From positions 75,566-139,565 of the forward strand of contig JANNXQ010000107.1 of assembly GCA_031409655.1 (NCBI GenBank): a stretch of 64,000 nt of DNA, read 5' to 3'. Made by a program: the position numbers and the translations under genes. Shown in pieces: positions 27,772 to 37,614 of this stretch; position 1 is the first letter of the stretch, and each line of letters begins with the position of its first letter. The stretch is from Chthoniobacteraceae bacterium (GTDB taxonomy: Bacteria > Verrucomicrobiota > Verrucomicrobiia > Chthoniobacterales > Chthoniobacteraceae). Under the pieces are notes generated by a model, which saw nothing but the letters and a program-made list of their open reading frames with translations, did no database searches and had not been told where the DNA came from.

Positions 27772-28666
27772 GCGCGGCAGCGACGATGCCCGTCAAAAGC
27801 GGGAGCACATCCCACGGTGGCATGAGGTAGTGATCCGCGCCCCAGATCGGGCAGACGATGCCTGGTAGTTTCGGGCAGTCGCCGAGCAGGATTCCGCCGC
27901 CGTCATTCGGGCCGAGCGGCGCAAGACGCCTGTATCCTCGGGTAGCCCACGGGTGCGCGAGATGCCTCCGGATCGGAAACCCGCAGACGCGGACGCTGCG
28001 CAAATGCGCCGGGAGCGCGGGCCACGCCAGGGTCGCGTCATACCGGAGGTCGTCCAGCGCCCGTGCGCTGTGCCCGTGCCACCAAAGCCACATCCGCACG
28101 CTCCACCAGCGCAGTGGGTGACGCCGCAACCAGTCGATCAGGGGCGTGCCATGCACGATGCCGCTGAAACTCACCCACGCGAAGGTCGTGGCGAAAGCCG
28201 ATGCAGCTTCCGGTAGGGAAAGAGCCCGCTTCACCTCAGTCCCGCCCTTACTGAGGCTGATGAGCGCAACGTTTTTGCCGCGATGCGCGGCGAGCCAGTC
28301 GAGTATCACGCGGGCATTTTCATTCAGCGTCCCGAAGCTTCCGGTCGGGATCACCTCGGCTACGCAGCCCAACTCGCACGCGATTGCGAGCACCCGCGCA
28401 CCAGCCGCGCCGGTGTTCCAAGGCTCGCGATGAAAAGCGCCGGGCACGATACCGATCAGGTCGGCGCAGAAATTCTCCGGTCGCCGCATTTCGTGGGCAG
28501 AATGAAGAAATGCCGCATTCGCCGGCACCCGCAGGATGCGGTCGTGGAGGAGCGCGGTGGCAAAGTCCAATCCTTCGCCCCGCGCCAGTTCCACGAGATC
28601 GCCTTCCTGGCCGGTCCACGCCGCGGCTCGCGCAAGCAACCGCGCATCCTCGTCCGCGAGGATCAC
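27761..28666 (-). CDS. Alpha/beta hydrolase or acyltransferase-like protein
   Basis: VPGAF, SLSKGG (GxSxG-like elbow), GPNDG, ADHY. GTG start overlaps the upstream stop. Confidence 0.7.
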   Translation of the reverse strand: MILADEDARLLARAAAWTGQEGDLVELARGEGLDFATALLHDRILRVPANAAFLHSAHEMRRPENFCADLIGIVPGAFHREPWNTGAAGARVLAIACELGCVAEVIPTGSFGTLNENARVILDWLAAHRGKNVALISLSKGGTEVKRALSLPEAASAFATTFAWVSFSGIVHGTPLIDWLRRHPLRWWSVRMWLWWHGHSARALDDLRYDATLAWPALPAHLRSVRVCGFPIRRHLAHPWATRGYRRLAPLGPNDGGGILLGDCPKLPGIVCPIWGADHYLMPPWDVLPLLTGIVAAALRR

Positions 28667-29262
28667 GTGTGGCCTGTTTTCCGGGTGACGAGGCGCGAAA
28701 CCACGATACCCAGCAGCAAGCCCACCGCGCCTCCACCAAGGCCCAGCCACAGCGCGATCTTGCGCGTGGCCAGTGCGAGCACGGGATTTTCAAACACGCT
28801 GACGGAGGTGTGGAAAGCCGTGACGAGCCAGCGATCGCCGCGCTTGGCGATGGTGGCGGTGAAGACACTGTTGAAAGGGAGGTCGGAGCCATCGGTGAGC
28901 ACAAAGTGATCGCGCAGATTTCCCCAAGACACCGCCCAATCGCCGTAAATATGCCGCCCGAGCACCTCCGGCTCCGATTTGATCTCGCGCACCACGCGTT
29001 TGTCGCCGGTCATCATCCGTCCGTAAAAGGCATGCACCGCCTCCGGACCGCGGCAGACTTCGCCATTTTGCCAAGTCACTACGACATCGGGATCGAGATG
29101 AGTGAGGAGGCCGTCAATGTCACCCTTGTGGAAACTAGCTGTGAGCCCGTCGCGCAACCGGGTGATCGCGGCAGCCGCCTCGTCCGCATTCGCCGGTGGA
29201 GGGGACTCGCAGAGGCCGGGAACGAGCAGGGCGAGGAGGAAGGAAACGATAAGCCTTTTCAT
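28663..29262 (-). CDS. NTF2/SnoaL-like (DUF4440) protein with signal peptide and C-terminal TM
   Basis: FHKGDIDGLL, FTATIAKRGDRWLVTAFHTS. Confidence 0.75.
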   Translation of the reverse strand: MKRLIVSFLLALLVPGLCESPPPANADEAAAAITRLRDGLTASFHKGDIDGLLTHLDPDVVVTWQNGEVCRGPEAVHAFYGRMMTGDKRVVREIKSEPEVLGRHIYGDWAVSWGNLRDHFVLTDGSDLPFNSVFTATIAKRGDRWLVTAFHTSVSVFENPVLALATRKIALWLGLGGGAVGLLLGIVVSRLVTRKTGHT

Positions 29263-29279
29263 GGAGATGCGGACTTCGG

Positions 29280-30275
29280 CTAACGATGGATGTTTTGCAG
29301 CCAGCCGAGGTATTCGACCAGTACTTTGTCCGCTGCGATCATGCGGTCCGGACGAAAGCGGATGCCTGCCGAGCGGTTCACATCAGAGCGCACAAACGCA
29401 CGGATGAAAGACCGCCGGATGAGCGCGTCCACGGGATCGACCAATAGGCGTGCGATCCGATTTTCGCTGCGCGGCACGCAGACGATGTTCCGCACCTTCG
29501 TTCGATCTTTGTCGAGCGGAGTGAAGCTGACGATTCCGTAGCTGGTCGTGCGCCGAAACTTTGCGGTGACCAGGACGAGATTTCCGCCCCAATTTTCCAC
29601 GGTCATTTCCACTTCTGAACCCGAAACCCAGCGAGTGAGTCGATCGCGGAACGATTCACCCGTCACTTGAAACCTCGCCCGCAAGCGCCAAGCGAAAGGG
29701 TGCGGAGAATCAACGATCGGCTCGCCGAGCAAAGTGCGATCGTGCGCGCAACGGAAATGCTGCACGTCGAAACCATTCGCGCTGACGAGATACCAGGGCG
29801 CATCCACCGTGAACTCGAACGGCCGCGCCGCGAGCAGGTCGGTTTCGCACGATCCGGCGAAAAACGGGAATTCGAACCGGGCCTGCGGGCGATTGAAAAA
29901 GAACACGTGTCCGCCGCGCACCGTGATCGGAAAACTCGGCTGCCGCGCGAACAACGGGATTTCCTGAGAGTTTGGAATGTGTTCGCAAACTCCAGTGTTC
30001 GCGTATTCCCAGCCGTGGAGTGGGCAGGAGATGCGGCCACCTTTCACGCAACCCAGCGAGAGATCTGCCCCCATGTGACTACAGCGTCCCCCGAGCACGG
30101 CCACGGGCTGTCCCGGAGGTTGAAACGAGACGTAGGTGTGGCCACCCGGAAGATCGAGTCGGCGCGGCCCGGCTGCGATTTCGCGAACGCTCCCGAAGTA
30201 ATACCAAGACGCCGGGGCCGGGGCGAATCCCCAAAGGCTTGCGTCGTCATGAGAATACTCGCAGGAATCTTTCAA
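29280..30275 (-). CDS. Rieske non-heme iron oxygenase
   Basis: CSHMG...CPLHGW Rieske ligands; NGFDVQHFRCAH mononuclear Fe site. Start uncertain (TTG at 30275 chosen). Confidence 0.85.
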   Translation of the reverse strand: MKDSCEYSHDDASLWGFAPAPASWYYFGSVREIAAGPRRLDLPGGHTYVSFQPPGQPVAVLGGRCSHMGADLSLGCVKGGRISCPLHGWEYANTGVCEHIPNSQEIPLFARQPSFPITVRGGHVFFFNRPQARFEFPFFAGSCETDLLAARPFEFTVDAPWYLVSANGFDVQHFRCAHDRTLLGEPIVDSPHPFAWRLRARFQVTGESFRDRLTRWVSGSEVEMTVENWGGNLVLVTAKFRRTTSYGIVSFTPLDKDRTKVRNIVCVPRSENRIARLLVDPVDALIRRSFIRAFVRSDVNRSAGIRFRPDRMIAADKVLVEYLGWLQNIHR

Positions 30276-30339
30276 GGTCGTGATGCAACCAACACCGCAA
30301 AGTTTCAGCAAGGACGGTCCCGGCGGATTGAGTAACGTG

Positions 30340-30987
30340 ATGGCAAAGCGGCAGTTTTTCGCCTGGCCGGGCTGGTCGCACCTGCGTTTTGCCTGGCTGC
30401 TTTCGGCATTGAGCGCGGCGTGGTTCGCCAGCATTTACATCGGCTGCAACTGGGTGACGACGCACCGGAGCATGCGCGTGCCGATCCATCTCCCCTCCGA
30501 GCTTTCCATCCCGTTCATCCCCAGCGCGGTCTCCATCTACATGAGCATCTACGTGCTCTTTCTCGCCGGCCCCTTCATCGTCCGCGATCGCCGTGAATTC
30601 GCCGCACTCATCCGAGCTCTCGCGCTGGCGACGTTTATCGGCGGGGTCGGATTCCTGCTCATCCCATCACAACCCGCGTTTGCGCCACCCAGCGACCTCG
30701 GCATTTGGAAAGACCTCTTCCACTTCGCTGACCGAATCAATCTTGATTGCAACATGGTGCCCTCGCTCCACGTCGCGCTCTCCGTCTGCTGCATTGCCGC
30801 TTTTGGCCGGCACACTTCTCTGCGTGGGCGCACCGTGCTTTGGATATGGGCGGTTACGATCGCGCTTTCAACTCTCTTCACTCACCAACACCACGTCCTC
30901 GATGTCGTAACTGGCTGGGCAGTGGGGATCGTCAGTTCTCTAGTCATACGGCTCGGCAATGTGAATTTGCTGAAACTCCACGGTTAG
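30340..30987 (+). CDS. PAP2 superfamily membrane phosphatase/phosphotransferase
   Basis: PSLHV and HQHHVLDV motifs; several TM helices. Confidence 0.85.
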   Translation: MAKRQFFAWPGWSHLRFAWLLSALSAAWFASIYIGCNWVTTHRSMRVPIHLPSELSIPFIPSAVSIYMSIYVLFLAGPFIVRDRREFAALIRALALATFIGGVGFLLIPSQPAFAPPSDLGIWKDLFHFADRINLDCNMVPSLHVALSVCCIAAFGRHTSLRGRTVLWIWAVTIALSTLFTHQHHVLDVVTGWAVGIVSSLVIRLGNVNLLKLHG

Positions 30988-31201
30988 ACCACACGCTCAG
31001 CGCCAGCCGCGATCTCGAGTTTTCATCCGGGCGCGGGCACTCGGAGTGATCCAGCGCGCGGAAGAAATGCTCGAACAAATCCTGCGCGAAGTGCTTCGCG
31101 CCCATATCGCAAGGCACACGAAATAGTTCGCCCATGCAAAGTCCATGTTGCTGAATCCATTCCCGCGCTACTTTTTGCCCATCGGATTCCCCCCCAATCC
31201 C

Positions 31202-34200
31202 ATGAATGCGATCGCCTACCACAATCGCGCACGGACCGGATGGCTGGCCGGTGCGCTCTGGATAGCCTGGCTCACTGCGCTCGGTGCGCAGGTCGTCCCT
31301 TACGACATCGTCTATGTGCGGCAGCCGCGCTTTGGCGATGGCACGAACACGACCTGGCCGGAGGTCTTTCATCCCGCGCGCATCGACCCCGGCGCGGACC
31401 TCATGCTGCTGCATCCCGATGGGTCGGAGGAAGTGCTCGTCGCCGGCGGGGATGGCGCGGTCACCGATCCTTTCCTCTCCTTCGACGCGCAGTGGTGTTA
31501 TTACGCGCTGCTGCCGGATGTGCGGCCTTCGGCGGTGAACTATCAGCGCGGCGATCTGCCTTACGCAGGCAGCGACATTTACCGCATCCATCTCGGGACG
31601 CGCGTAGTGCAGCGGCTCACTCATCAGGAGTGGACGCCGAACACCGCGGCCGGCCACTGGCACCCGACCGATCCGGTGAATCCACCGTCCACTTACAACC
31701 GCCTCGGCTACGGCATCGTGAATCTCGGGCCGTGTCCCCTGCCGGGTGGAAAGATCGCGTTCACCAGCAATCGCAATGGCTTTCAACCAACGAAGACTTT
31801 TACGAATCCGTGTCTGCAACTTTTCGTGATGGATGAAGATGGCGCGAACGTGACGTGGATCGCGCCGATGAGCTTTGGGAGCGCACTACATCCGACGATC
31901 CTGCGCGATGGGCGCATCATGTTCAGCAGTTACGAGAGCCAGGGCCTGCGCGATGAGCGGCTGTGGGGCATCTGGGCGATCTGGCCGGATGGGAGGCAAT
32001 GGAAGCCGATCGCGAGTGCGTTCAATTCACCGCAGGCGTTTCACTTCATGACCCAGTTCGGCAACGGCGACCTCGTGGTCTGCGACTACTACAATCTGAA
32101 TAACAACGGCTTCGGTGCGCTCTATCGCTTCCCGGTCAATGCGCCGCCGGGACAGCCGGACTTTCACTCCGCCTTTATGACGGATGCGCCCGCCATCCGG
32201 CAGACCGTTGGCGCGGGCTACGAGTATCCACTGAAGTTTCCCTTCGAGCCGCGCGGGATATTTTCGCTCACGCCTTTCACCACCGGTCAGGATGAAGCGG
32301 CGCCCGTGGGCGCGGGCGGCGTGCGCGTGGGAAAATTCACGCAGCCCAGTGCGGCTCCGAATAACGATCTGCTGGTCGTCTGGACGCCCGGCCCGGCGAA
32401 TGATCTGAACCGCCCGACCACGCTGCCTGCTTACAACGCCGGCATTTATCTCATGCCCGGCGGGAATCCCGTCGAAAGCCCGCAAGGGCTCGTGCTGATC
32501 AAGAACAGCCTGGCTTACAACGAGGCGTGGCCGCGCGCGGTGGTGCCGTATCGCGCTGTGCATGGCATCGCTGAACCCGCGCGCCTGCCGTGGCTGCCGA
32601 ACGCTGGCACCGTGCATCCCACGTTGCCGCGCGGCACGCCGCACGGACTCGTCGGCACGAGCAGCTTCTACAAGCGCGAGAGTTTTCCCGGCTATGTCTT
32701 GACCTACGACGATCACTTCAATGGCCTCGACGCCTTTAACACCGATCAAAACGGACAAAGTTCAAATTGGTTCTATCAGGGCTCGGACGCCGGGCGTTAC
32801 GCGAACTCCGAAGTTTACGCCGTGCGCATCCTTGCCATGGAGCCAGGCAGCCATCGAAGCTACGGGCCGAATGAAGGCGCGCAATTCTACAGCCACGCCA
32901 ATGAGCGCCTGCGCATCCTCGGTGAGATCCCGCTGCGCAAGCCAGGCGTGACTGATCCGGAAGGAAATCCGGACACGAGTTTCCTCGCGAAGATTCCCGC
33001 GGATACGCCGTTCACCTTCCAAACGATCGACCGCGACGGCATCGTGCTGAACATGGCGCAGACGTGGCATCACGTGCGGCCCGGCGAGATGCGCGTCGAT
33101 TGCGGCGGCTGCCACGCGCACAGCCAGCAGCCGCTCGCTTTCTCTCAGACCGCCGCAGGCCAGCCTGGCTTCACACCCGTGGATCTCACGGCGATCCAGA
33201 CCATGCTCACGAAAGATGCCGGCGGTGCCACCGTCGTGCAGACCAACCCGGCCGGTGCGCGCAATGTGGAATTCCTCCACGACATCCGCCCCTTGCTCAC
33301 GCGGAGCTGCGTGCCCTGCCACAACACCGCCACCGCCGCCGGCAATCTCGTGCTCGATCAACTCACCTCCGTGCCCGGGTCGAATGGCCGGCCCGCGCTG
33401 CCCGGCGACTACGCGCGCCTCGCCGCGGATCAAAGCGCGAACTGGGGTTACCCTCCGATCATCGGCAATCGCACCTGGCGGCAGACCAATGCGAGCCGCT
33501 ACGTCCGCATGTTTCAAAGCCGCCGCTCCATGCTCATCTGGAAAATTTTCGGCCGTCGTCTCGATGGTTGGGCAAACTCCGATCACCCCACCGAAAGCAC
33601 CCCGGGAGTCGCTGCAACATTGCCGTCCGGGGCGGATCGCAATGCCGCCGACCTCGACTACACCGGCACGCCGATGCCGCCGCCCGGCAGCGGCGTGCCC
33701 GCACTGAGCGAGGATGAAAAGATGAACTTTGCCCGCTGGGTCGATCTCGGCTGCCCGATCAATGTCGGCCAGCTCGAGAGCGCGCAGGCCGGCGCACTCG
33801 GTTGGTTCCTCGATGAAAATCGGCCCACGCTCACCGTCTCCTCACCGCGGCCAAACATTAACGCTGGCCCGCTCAACGAAATCCGCATCGGCATCGCCGA
33901 CGCCTACACCGGCGTGAATGCCGCGACGCTATCAGTCACGGCAGACTTCGTCGTGAACGGCCGCGGCGCCGGAGCCCAGCTCGCCGATCTCGCGACGACC
34001 GTCGCACCAGGCGTCTATGCGATCCCACTTTCACCACCGCTCGCGAATCTCGCCGCCAGCCACATCACCGCCAGCGTCGCCGATGGGCAGGGCAATGTGA
34101 CGCGGATCGACGTCCGCTTCTCCGTCCTCCCCGACGCGCTCGAGCTGCGCCACATCGCGCGCTTCGCCGGTCGGGTCCACCTGCGCTTCTACGACACTCG

Positions 34201-34375
34201 GCCCGACTCCCGCCGCCACATCCGCTACAGCGCCGACCTCCTCACGCCACGCGCCACGTGGCTCGAGGCGCCCGTGCTCTCAGAATCCTGGACGGCCACC
34301 AACGAATGCACCGCCGAGATCGCGCTCCCGGCCAGCCTTTCGAGCCGCGGCTTCTTCGTCATCGAACGCGAGTGA
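31202..34375 (+). CDS. Secreted HzsA-like (hydrazine synthase alpha middle domain) protein with two c-type heme motifs
   Basis: Propeller-like N-terminus (IAFTSNR, LRDGRIMFS); SFLAKIPADTPFTFQTIDRDG...CGGCH; CVPCH; WVDLGCP; Ig-like and C-terminal domain. Confidence 0.75.
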   Translation: MNAIAYHNRARTGWLAGALWIAWLTALGAQVVPYDIVYVRQPRFGDGTNTTWPEVFHPARIDPGADLMLLHPDGSEEVLVAGGDGAVTDPFLSFDAQWCYYALLPDVRPSAVNYQRGDLPYAGSDIYRIHLGTRVVQRLTHQEWTPNTAAGHWHPTDPVNPPSTYNRLGYGIVNLGPCPLPGGKIAFTSNRNGFQPTKTFTNPCLQLFVMDEDGANVTWIAPMSFGSALHPTILRDGRIMFSSYESQGLRDERLWGIWAIWPDGRQWKPIASAFNSPQAFHFMTQFGNGDLVVCDYYNLNNNGFGALYRFPVNAPPGQPDFHSAFMTDAPAIRQTVGAGYEYPLKFPFEPRGIFSLTPFTTGQDEAAPVGAGGVRVGKFTQPSAAPNNDLLVVWTPGPANDLNRPTTLPAYNAGIYLMPGGNPVESPQGLVLIKNSLAYNEAWPRAVVPYRAVHGIAEPARLPWLPNAGTVHPTLPRGTPHGLVGTSSFYKRESFPGYVLTYDDHFNGLDAFNTDQNGQSSNWFYQGSDAGRYANSEVYAVRILAMEPGSHRSYGPNEGAQFYSHANERLRILGEIPLRKPGVTDPEGNPDTSFLAKIPADTPFTFQTIDRDGIVLNMAQTWHHVRPGEMRVDCGGCHAHSQQPLAFSQTAAGQPGFTPVDLTAIQTMLTKDAGGATVVQTNPAGARNVEFLHDIRPLLTRSCVPCHNTATAAGNLVLDQLTSVPGSNGRPALPGDYARLAADQSANWGYPPIIGNRTWRQTNASRYVRMFQSRRSMLIWKIFGRRLDGWANSDHPTESTPGVAATLPSGADRNAADLDYTGTPMPPPGSGVPALSEDEKMNFARWVDLGCPINVGQLESAQAGALGWFLDENRPTLTVSSPRPNINAGPLNEIRIGIADAYTGVNAATLSVTADFVVNGRGAGAQLADLATTVAPGVYAIPLSPPLANLAASHITASVADGQGNVTRIDVRFSVLPDALELRHIARFAGRVHLRFYDTRPDSRRHIRYSADLLTPRATWLEAPVLSESWTATNECTAEIALPASLSSRGFFVIERE

Positions 34376-34393
34376 CCCCGCCGCGTCGCGCGG

Positions 34394-34849
34394 TCAGCGT
34401 CCGGCCGTTTTGACGATGCCGTGCAGCATGCCCGTGCGGTCGCCGCCGCTCCATGTGCCACTGTAGGTCGCACCGTGGAATAACACCCGCGCCGAGTAAG
34501 TGCCGCCACCGGGAATCGCCAGTCCATCCACGATCATGATCGCCGCACCACCCGTCCATTGCACCCGCACCGGGATCGGCGCCACGATGGTCTGTTCCTG
34601 ACACTTCAGCTTCGCATTCACGATCCACTTGTCGCCGTCGGCCTTTTGCACGCTCACGATCTCATAACTCTCGTCCCGCTCCGGAGTGAGTTGCCCCTCT
34701 CGCACAAGACACCAGCGCCCGACGAGCTTCGCATTCGTGAGCAGGGTCGTGAACTGCTTTTCCTGATCCGCGGCGCTCGCCTCCTGAGCGGGCGCGAGCG
34801 ATGGGCAAAGCAGGAGGAGAAGCAAGGCGAGGGTGCGGGAGAAGTTCAT
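34394..34849 (-). CDS. Secreted hypothetical protein
   Basis: Signal peptide; beta-rich body (GTYSARVLF...YSGTWSG). Confidence 0.65.
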   Translation of the reverse strand: MNFSRTLALLLLLLCPSLAPAQEASAADQEKQFTTLLTNAKLVGRWCLVREGQLTPERDESYEIVSVQKADGDKWIVNAKLKCQEQTIVAPIPVRVQWTGGAAIMIVDGLAIPGGGTYSARVLFHGATYSGTWSGGDRTGMLHGIVKTAGR

Positions 34850-34977
34850 GGCGGAGAGTTTCAGCAAAGGGGTTTGAGAACGCACTGGAAAACTTCGCCG
34901 GGGCGGAAAGGTCGCGGTTCTTGGTTGCGCTCGGAGTTTCCAGCTAAGACGGTCGCCGTCCTCTGCTCACCCTCCCT

Positions 34978-36258
34978 ATGAAACTCCTCTCCCTCTTCGC
35001 CTGCCTCGTCATCGCCTCCGTCGCGTCCGCCGCCGACGCGCCGCCCAACGTCGTGATGATCATCTCCGACGATCAGGCCTGGGGTGATTACTCCTTCATG
35101 GGGCATCCCCAGATTCAGACGCCGCATCTCGACCGCCTCGCCCGCGAAAGCGTCACCTTCCCCCGCGGCTACGTGCCCTCCAGCCTCTGCTGCCCGAGCC
35201 TCGCGTCGATCATCACCGGCAAATTTCCGCATCAGCACAAAGTCGCGACCAACGATCCACCGACGCCCAACGTGCCGCCGGCCAAACGCCAGAACTCGCC
35301 GGAGTTCGCCGCCGGGCGCGAGGTCATGAATCAATTCATGGACGCTCAGCCGACCTTGCCACGGCTCCTTTCGAAACATGGTTACCTCGCCTTGCAGACC
35401 GGCAAATGGTGGCAGGGCAATTTCACCCGCGGCGGCTTCACCCACGGCATGACCAAAGGCGCTCGCCACGGCGACGAGGGGCTCGACATCGGCCGCAAGA
35501 CCATGGACCCGATCTACGATTTCGTGCGCCTGGCAAAGAAGGAGCAGAAGCCCTTCTTCGTCTGGTATGCACCCATGCTGCCCCACGATCCGCACACCCC
35601 ACCGGAGCGTCTCCTGGCGAAGTATCGCGACAAGACCCCGAGCGAACACGTCGCGAAATATTGGGCGATGGTCGAGTGGTTCGACGAAACTTGCGGGCAG
35701 CTCCTCGACTTCCTCGAGAAAGAAGGCGTGGCGAAAAACACGGTCGTCACCTACGTCACCGACAACGGCTGGATTCAGGATCCCGAGAAACCGCGCTACG
35801 CACCGCGCTCAAAGCAATCCCAATACGACGGCGGCCTGCGCACCCCCATCATGATCCGCTGGCCCGGCCATGCCACACCGAAGATGTCGGACAAGGTAGT
35901 AAGTTCCCTCGATCTCCTGCCCACGCTCCTCGCCGCCTGCAAAATCTCCGCTCCCGAAGGTATCGCCGGCATCAACTTACTCGACGAAACTGCCGTCGCC
36001 GCGCGCAAGTCCGTCTTCGGCGAATGTTTCACCCACACCGCCATCGATCTCGAAACCCCCAGCGCCAGCCTGCGCTGGCGCTGGGTCATCTCCGAAGATT
36101 GGAAACTCATCGTCCCCGCTGCACAAAACGAGCCGAACGAAGTCGTGGAGCTCTACAACCTCAAGGCTGATCCCACGGAGCAGACGAACCTAGCCAAAGA
36201 CCAACCGGATCGCGTCGGGAAACTCCGCGCCATCCTGGACGCCTGGTGGCGCGGTTAG
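34978..36258 (+). CDS. Sulfatase (S1 family)
   Basis: PNVVMIISDDQ; SLCCPSLASIITG; GKWW; PHDPH; TDNG; ELYNLKADP. Confidence 0.9.
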   Translation: MKLLSLFACLVIASVASAADAPPNVVMIISDDQAWGDYSFMGHPQIQTPHLDRLARESVTFPRGYVPSSLCCPSLASIITGKFPHQHKVATNDPPTPNVPPAKRQNSPEFAAGREVMNQFMDAQPTLPRLLSKHGYLALQTGKWWQGNFTRGGFTHGMTKGARHGDEGLDIGRKTMDPIYDFVRLAKKEQKPFFVWYAPMLPHDPHTPPERLLAKYRDKTPSEHVAKYWAMVEWFDETCGQLLDFLEKEGVAKNTVVTYVTDNGWIQDPEKPRYAPRSKQSQYDGGLRTPIMIRWPGHATPKMSDKVVSSLDLLPTLLAACKISAPEGIAGINLLDETAVAARKSVFGECFTHTAIDLETPSASLRWRWVISEDWKLIVPAAQNEPNEVVELYNLKADPTEQTNLAKDQPDRVGKLRAILDAWWRG

Positions 36259-36270
36259 GTCCGCTGAAAA

Positions 36271-37614
36271 TCACTGCTGGGGCGGGCGACGCCCCGGCGG
36301 ACGTTTGCGCGGCTCGAACTTTCCAGACTCCAGCGCGGCGCATTTCTGCTCGCCGAGGCCGGCGCGGACGTGGGCCTTCAGCTCGGCGAGGAGCTGCGCG
36401 GTGATGGCAGACTTTCCCATCGCGAGATTGTTACGTTCACCGAGGTCGGTGGAGAGGTCGTAGAGGAAATCTTCCTTGGTATCCCAGTAGTGCAGGAGCT
36501 TGAGGTTGCCCTTGCGCAGCGCGGTCTGCGGGTGCTCGATCTCCACGTCGTGATGCCAGACGAGGCGGTCGATGGGGCGCTGCACTTTGCCAGTGCCGCC
36601 ATTCAACAAGACAGGCTTCCAGCTTCCACCTTCCACACCCTTTGGCAGTGCAAAACCAGGCGCGGCGAAGTCGAGCACGGTGGGCAGGATGTCGTAGCCG
36701 ATGGCCGGTTCGTTGCAGTAAGTGCCGCCGCGGATGCCCGGTCCCTGAACGATGAGTGGGACGCGGATGCCGCCTTCGTCGCAGAGGGCCTTGCCGCCCT
36801 TGAGCGCCTCGGAGCGCCCGCCATTGTCGGACGAATAGATGACGTAAGTGTTCTTCGCGATGCCGAGCGCCTGGAGTTCCTTGAGCAGGACGCCGATGCA
36901 GGTGTCGAGATCTTCAGTCATCGCGGCGACGATCGGTCCCCCACCCTTGCCGCGTCCGCCGCCACCGCCCGCGCCCTCGTATTTCTTCAGCGTGGCGGCG
37001 AGGGCCTGCGGCTGCTGATGCACGGCGTAGTAGGAGATCTGGAGGTAAAAGGGGCGCCCCTCCTTCACCTGCTTTTCCATGTAATCCTGCGCGCGGCGGG
37101 TGAGGCCGAAGGATTGTTTCGGGTCCTCGGGATCGCGCGAGTCGCCGTCCTCATTCATCGTGATCCCGTCACTCGCGTCATAGCCCATGGACTCGGGTGT
37201 CTGCGCCCACTGCCATTTGCCGAAGTGCGCGGCGCGGTAGGCGGGGTTGGCGCGCTTCAGCGTATTCGCGAGTGAGTCGCTCGCGGGCGCGTTCCAGGTG
37301 CGGGATTGTTTGGTGACGGCGTTCAGGCTGGTGGTGCTGCGGCCCATGAGCAAAGCGGCGCGCGAACATTCACACTTCGGGTGGCTGGCGTAGCCCTGCG
37401 AGAAGACCATCCCCTGCGCGGCGAGGCGGTCGAGATTCGTCATCTGGAATCCGGCAGTGCGGCTGAAGTCCTTACCCGGCATCATCGGCACCGATGTGCC
37501 GCTCCAGCCCTGGTCATCGACGAAAATGAAGAGGAAATTCGGAGCAGGCGTCGCTGCCAGCGCGCGAACCAAACCAAGGATCGCAAAGACGATCAGGAAG
37601 ATTTGGCGTTTCAT
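36271..37614 (-). CDS. Sulfatase (S1 family)
   Basis: PNFLFIFVDDQGW; KCECSRAALLMG; GKWQ; YAVH; SSDNGG; EGGIRVP. Confidence 0.88.
   Translation of the reverse strand: MKRQIFLIVFAILGLVRALAATPAPNFLFIFVDDQGWSGTSVPMMPGKDFSRTAGFQMTNLDRLAAQGMVFSQGYASHPKCECSRAALLMGRSTTSLNAVTKQSRTWNAPASDSLANTLKRANPAYRAAHFGKWQWAQTPESMGYDASDGITMNEDGDSRDPEDPKQSFGLTRRAQDYMEKQVKEGRPFYLQISYYAVHQQPQALAATLKKYEGAGGGGGRGKGGGPIVAAMTEDLDTCIGVLLKELQALGIAKNTYVIYSSDNGGRSEALKGGKALCDEGGIRVPLIVQGPGIRGGTYCNEPAIGYDILPTVLDFAAPGFALPKGVEGGSWKPVLLNGGTGKVQRPIDRLVWHHDVEIEHPQTALRKGNLKLLHYWDTKEDFLYDLSTDLGERNNLAMGKSAITAQLLAELKAHVRAGLGEQKCAALESGKFEPRKRPPGRRPPQQ

Noticed and set aside
20452..30987. RiPP cluster with a precursor peptide
   Set aside because: No short leader/core ORF, SPASM domain, RRE or peptidase-transporter is visible.
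31202..34375. Anammox hydrazine synthase
   Set aside because: No beta/gamma subunits or hao-like genes; only domain-level resemblance.
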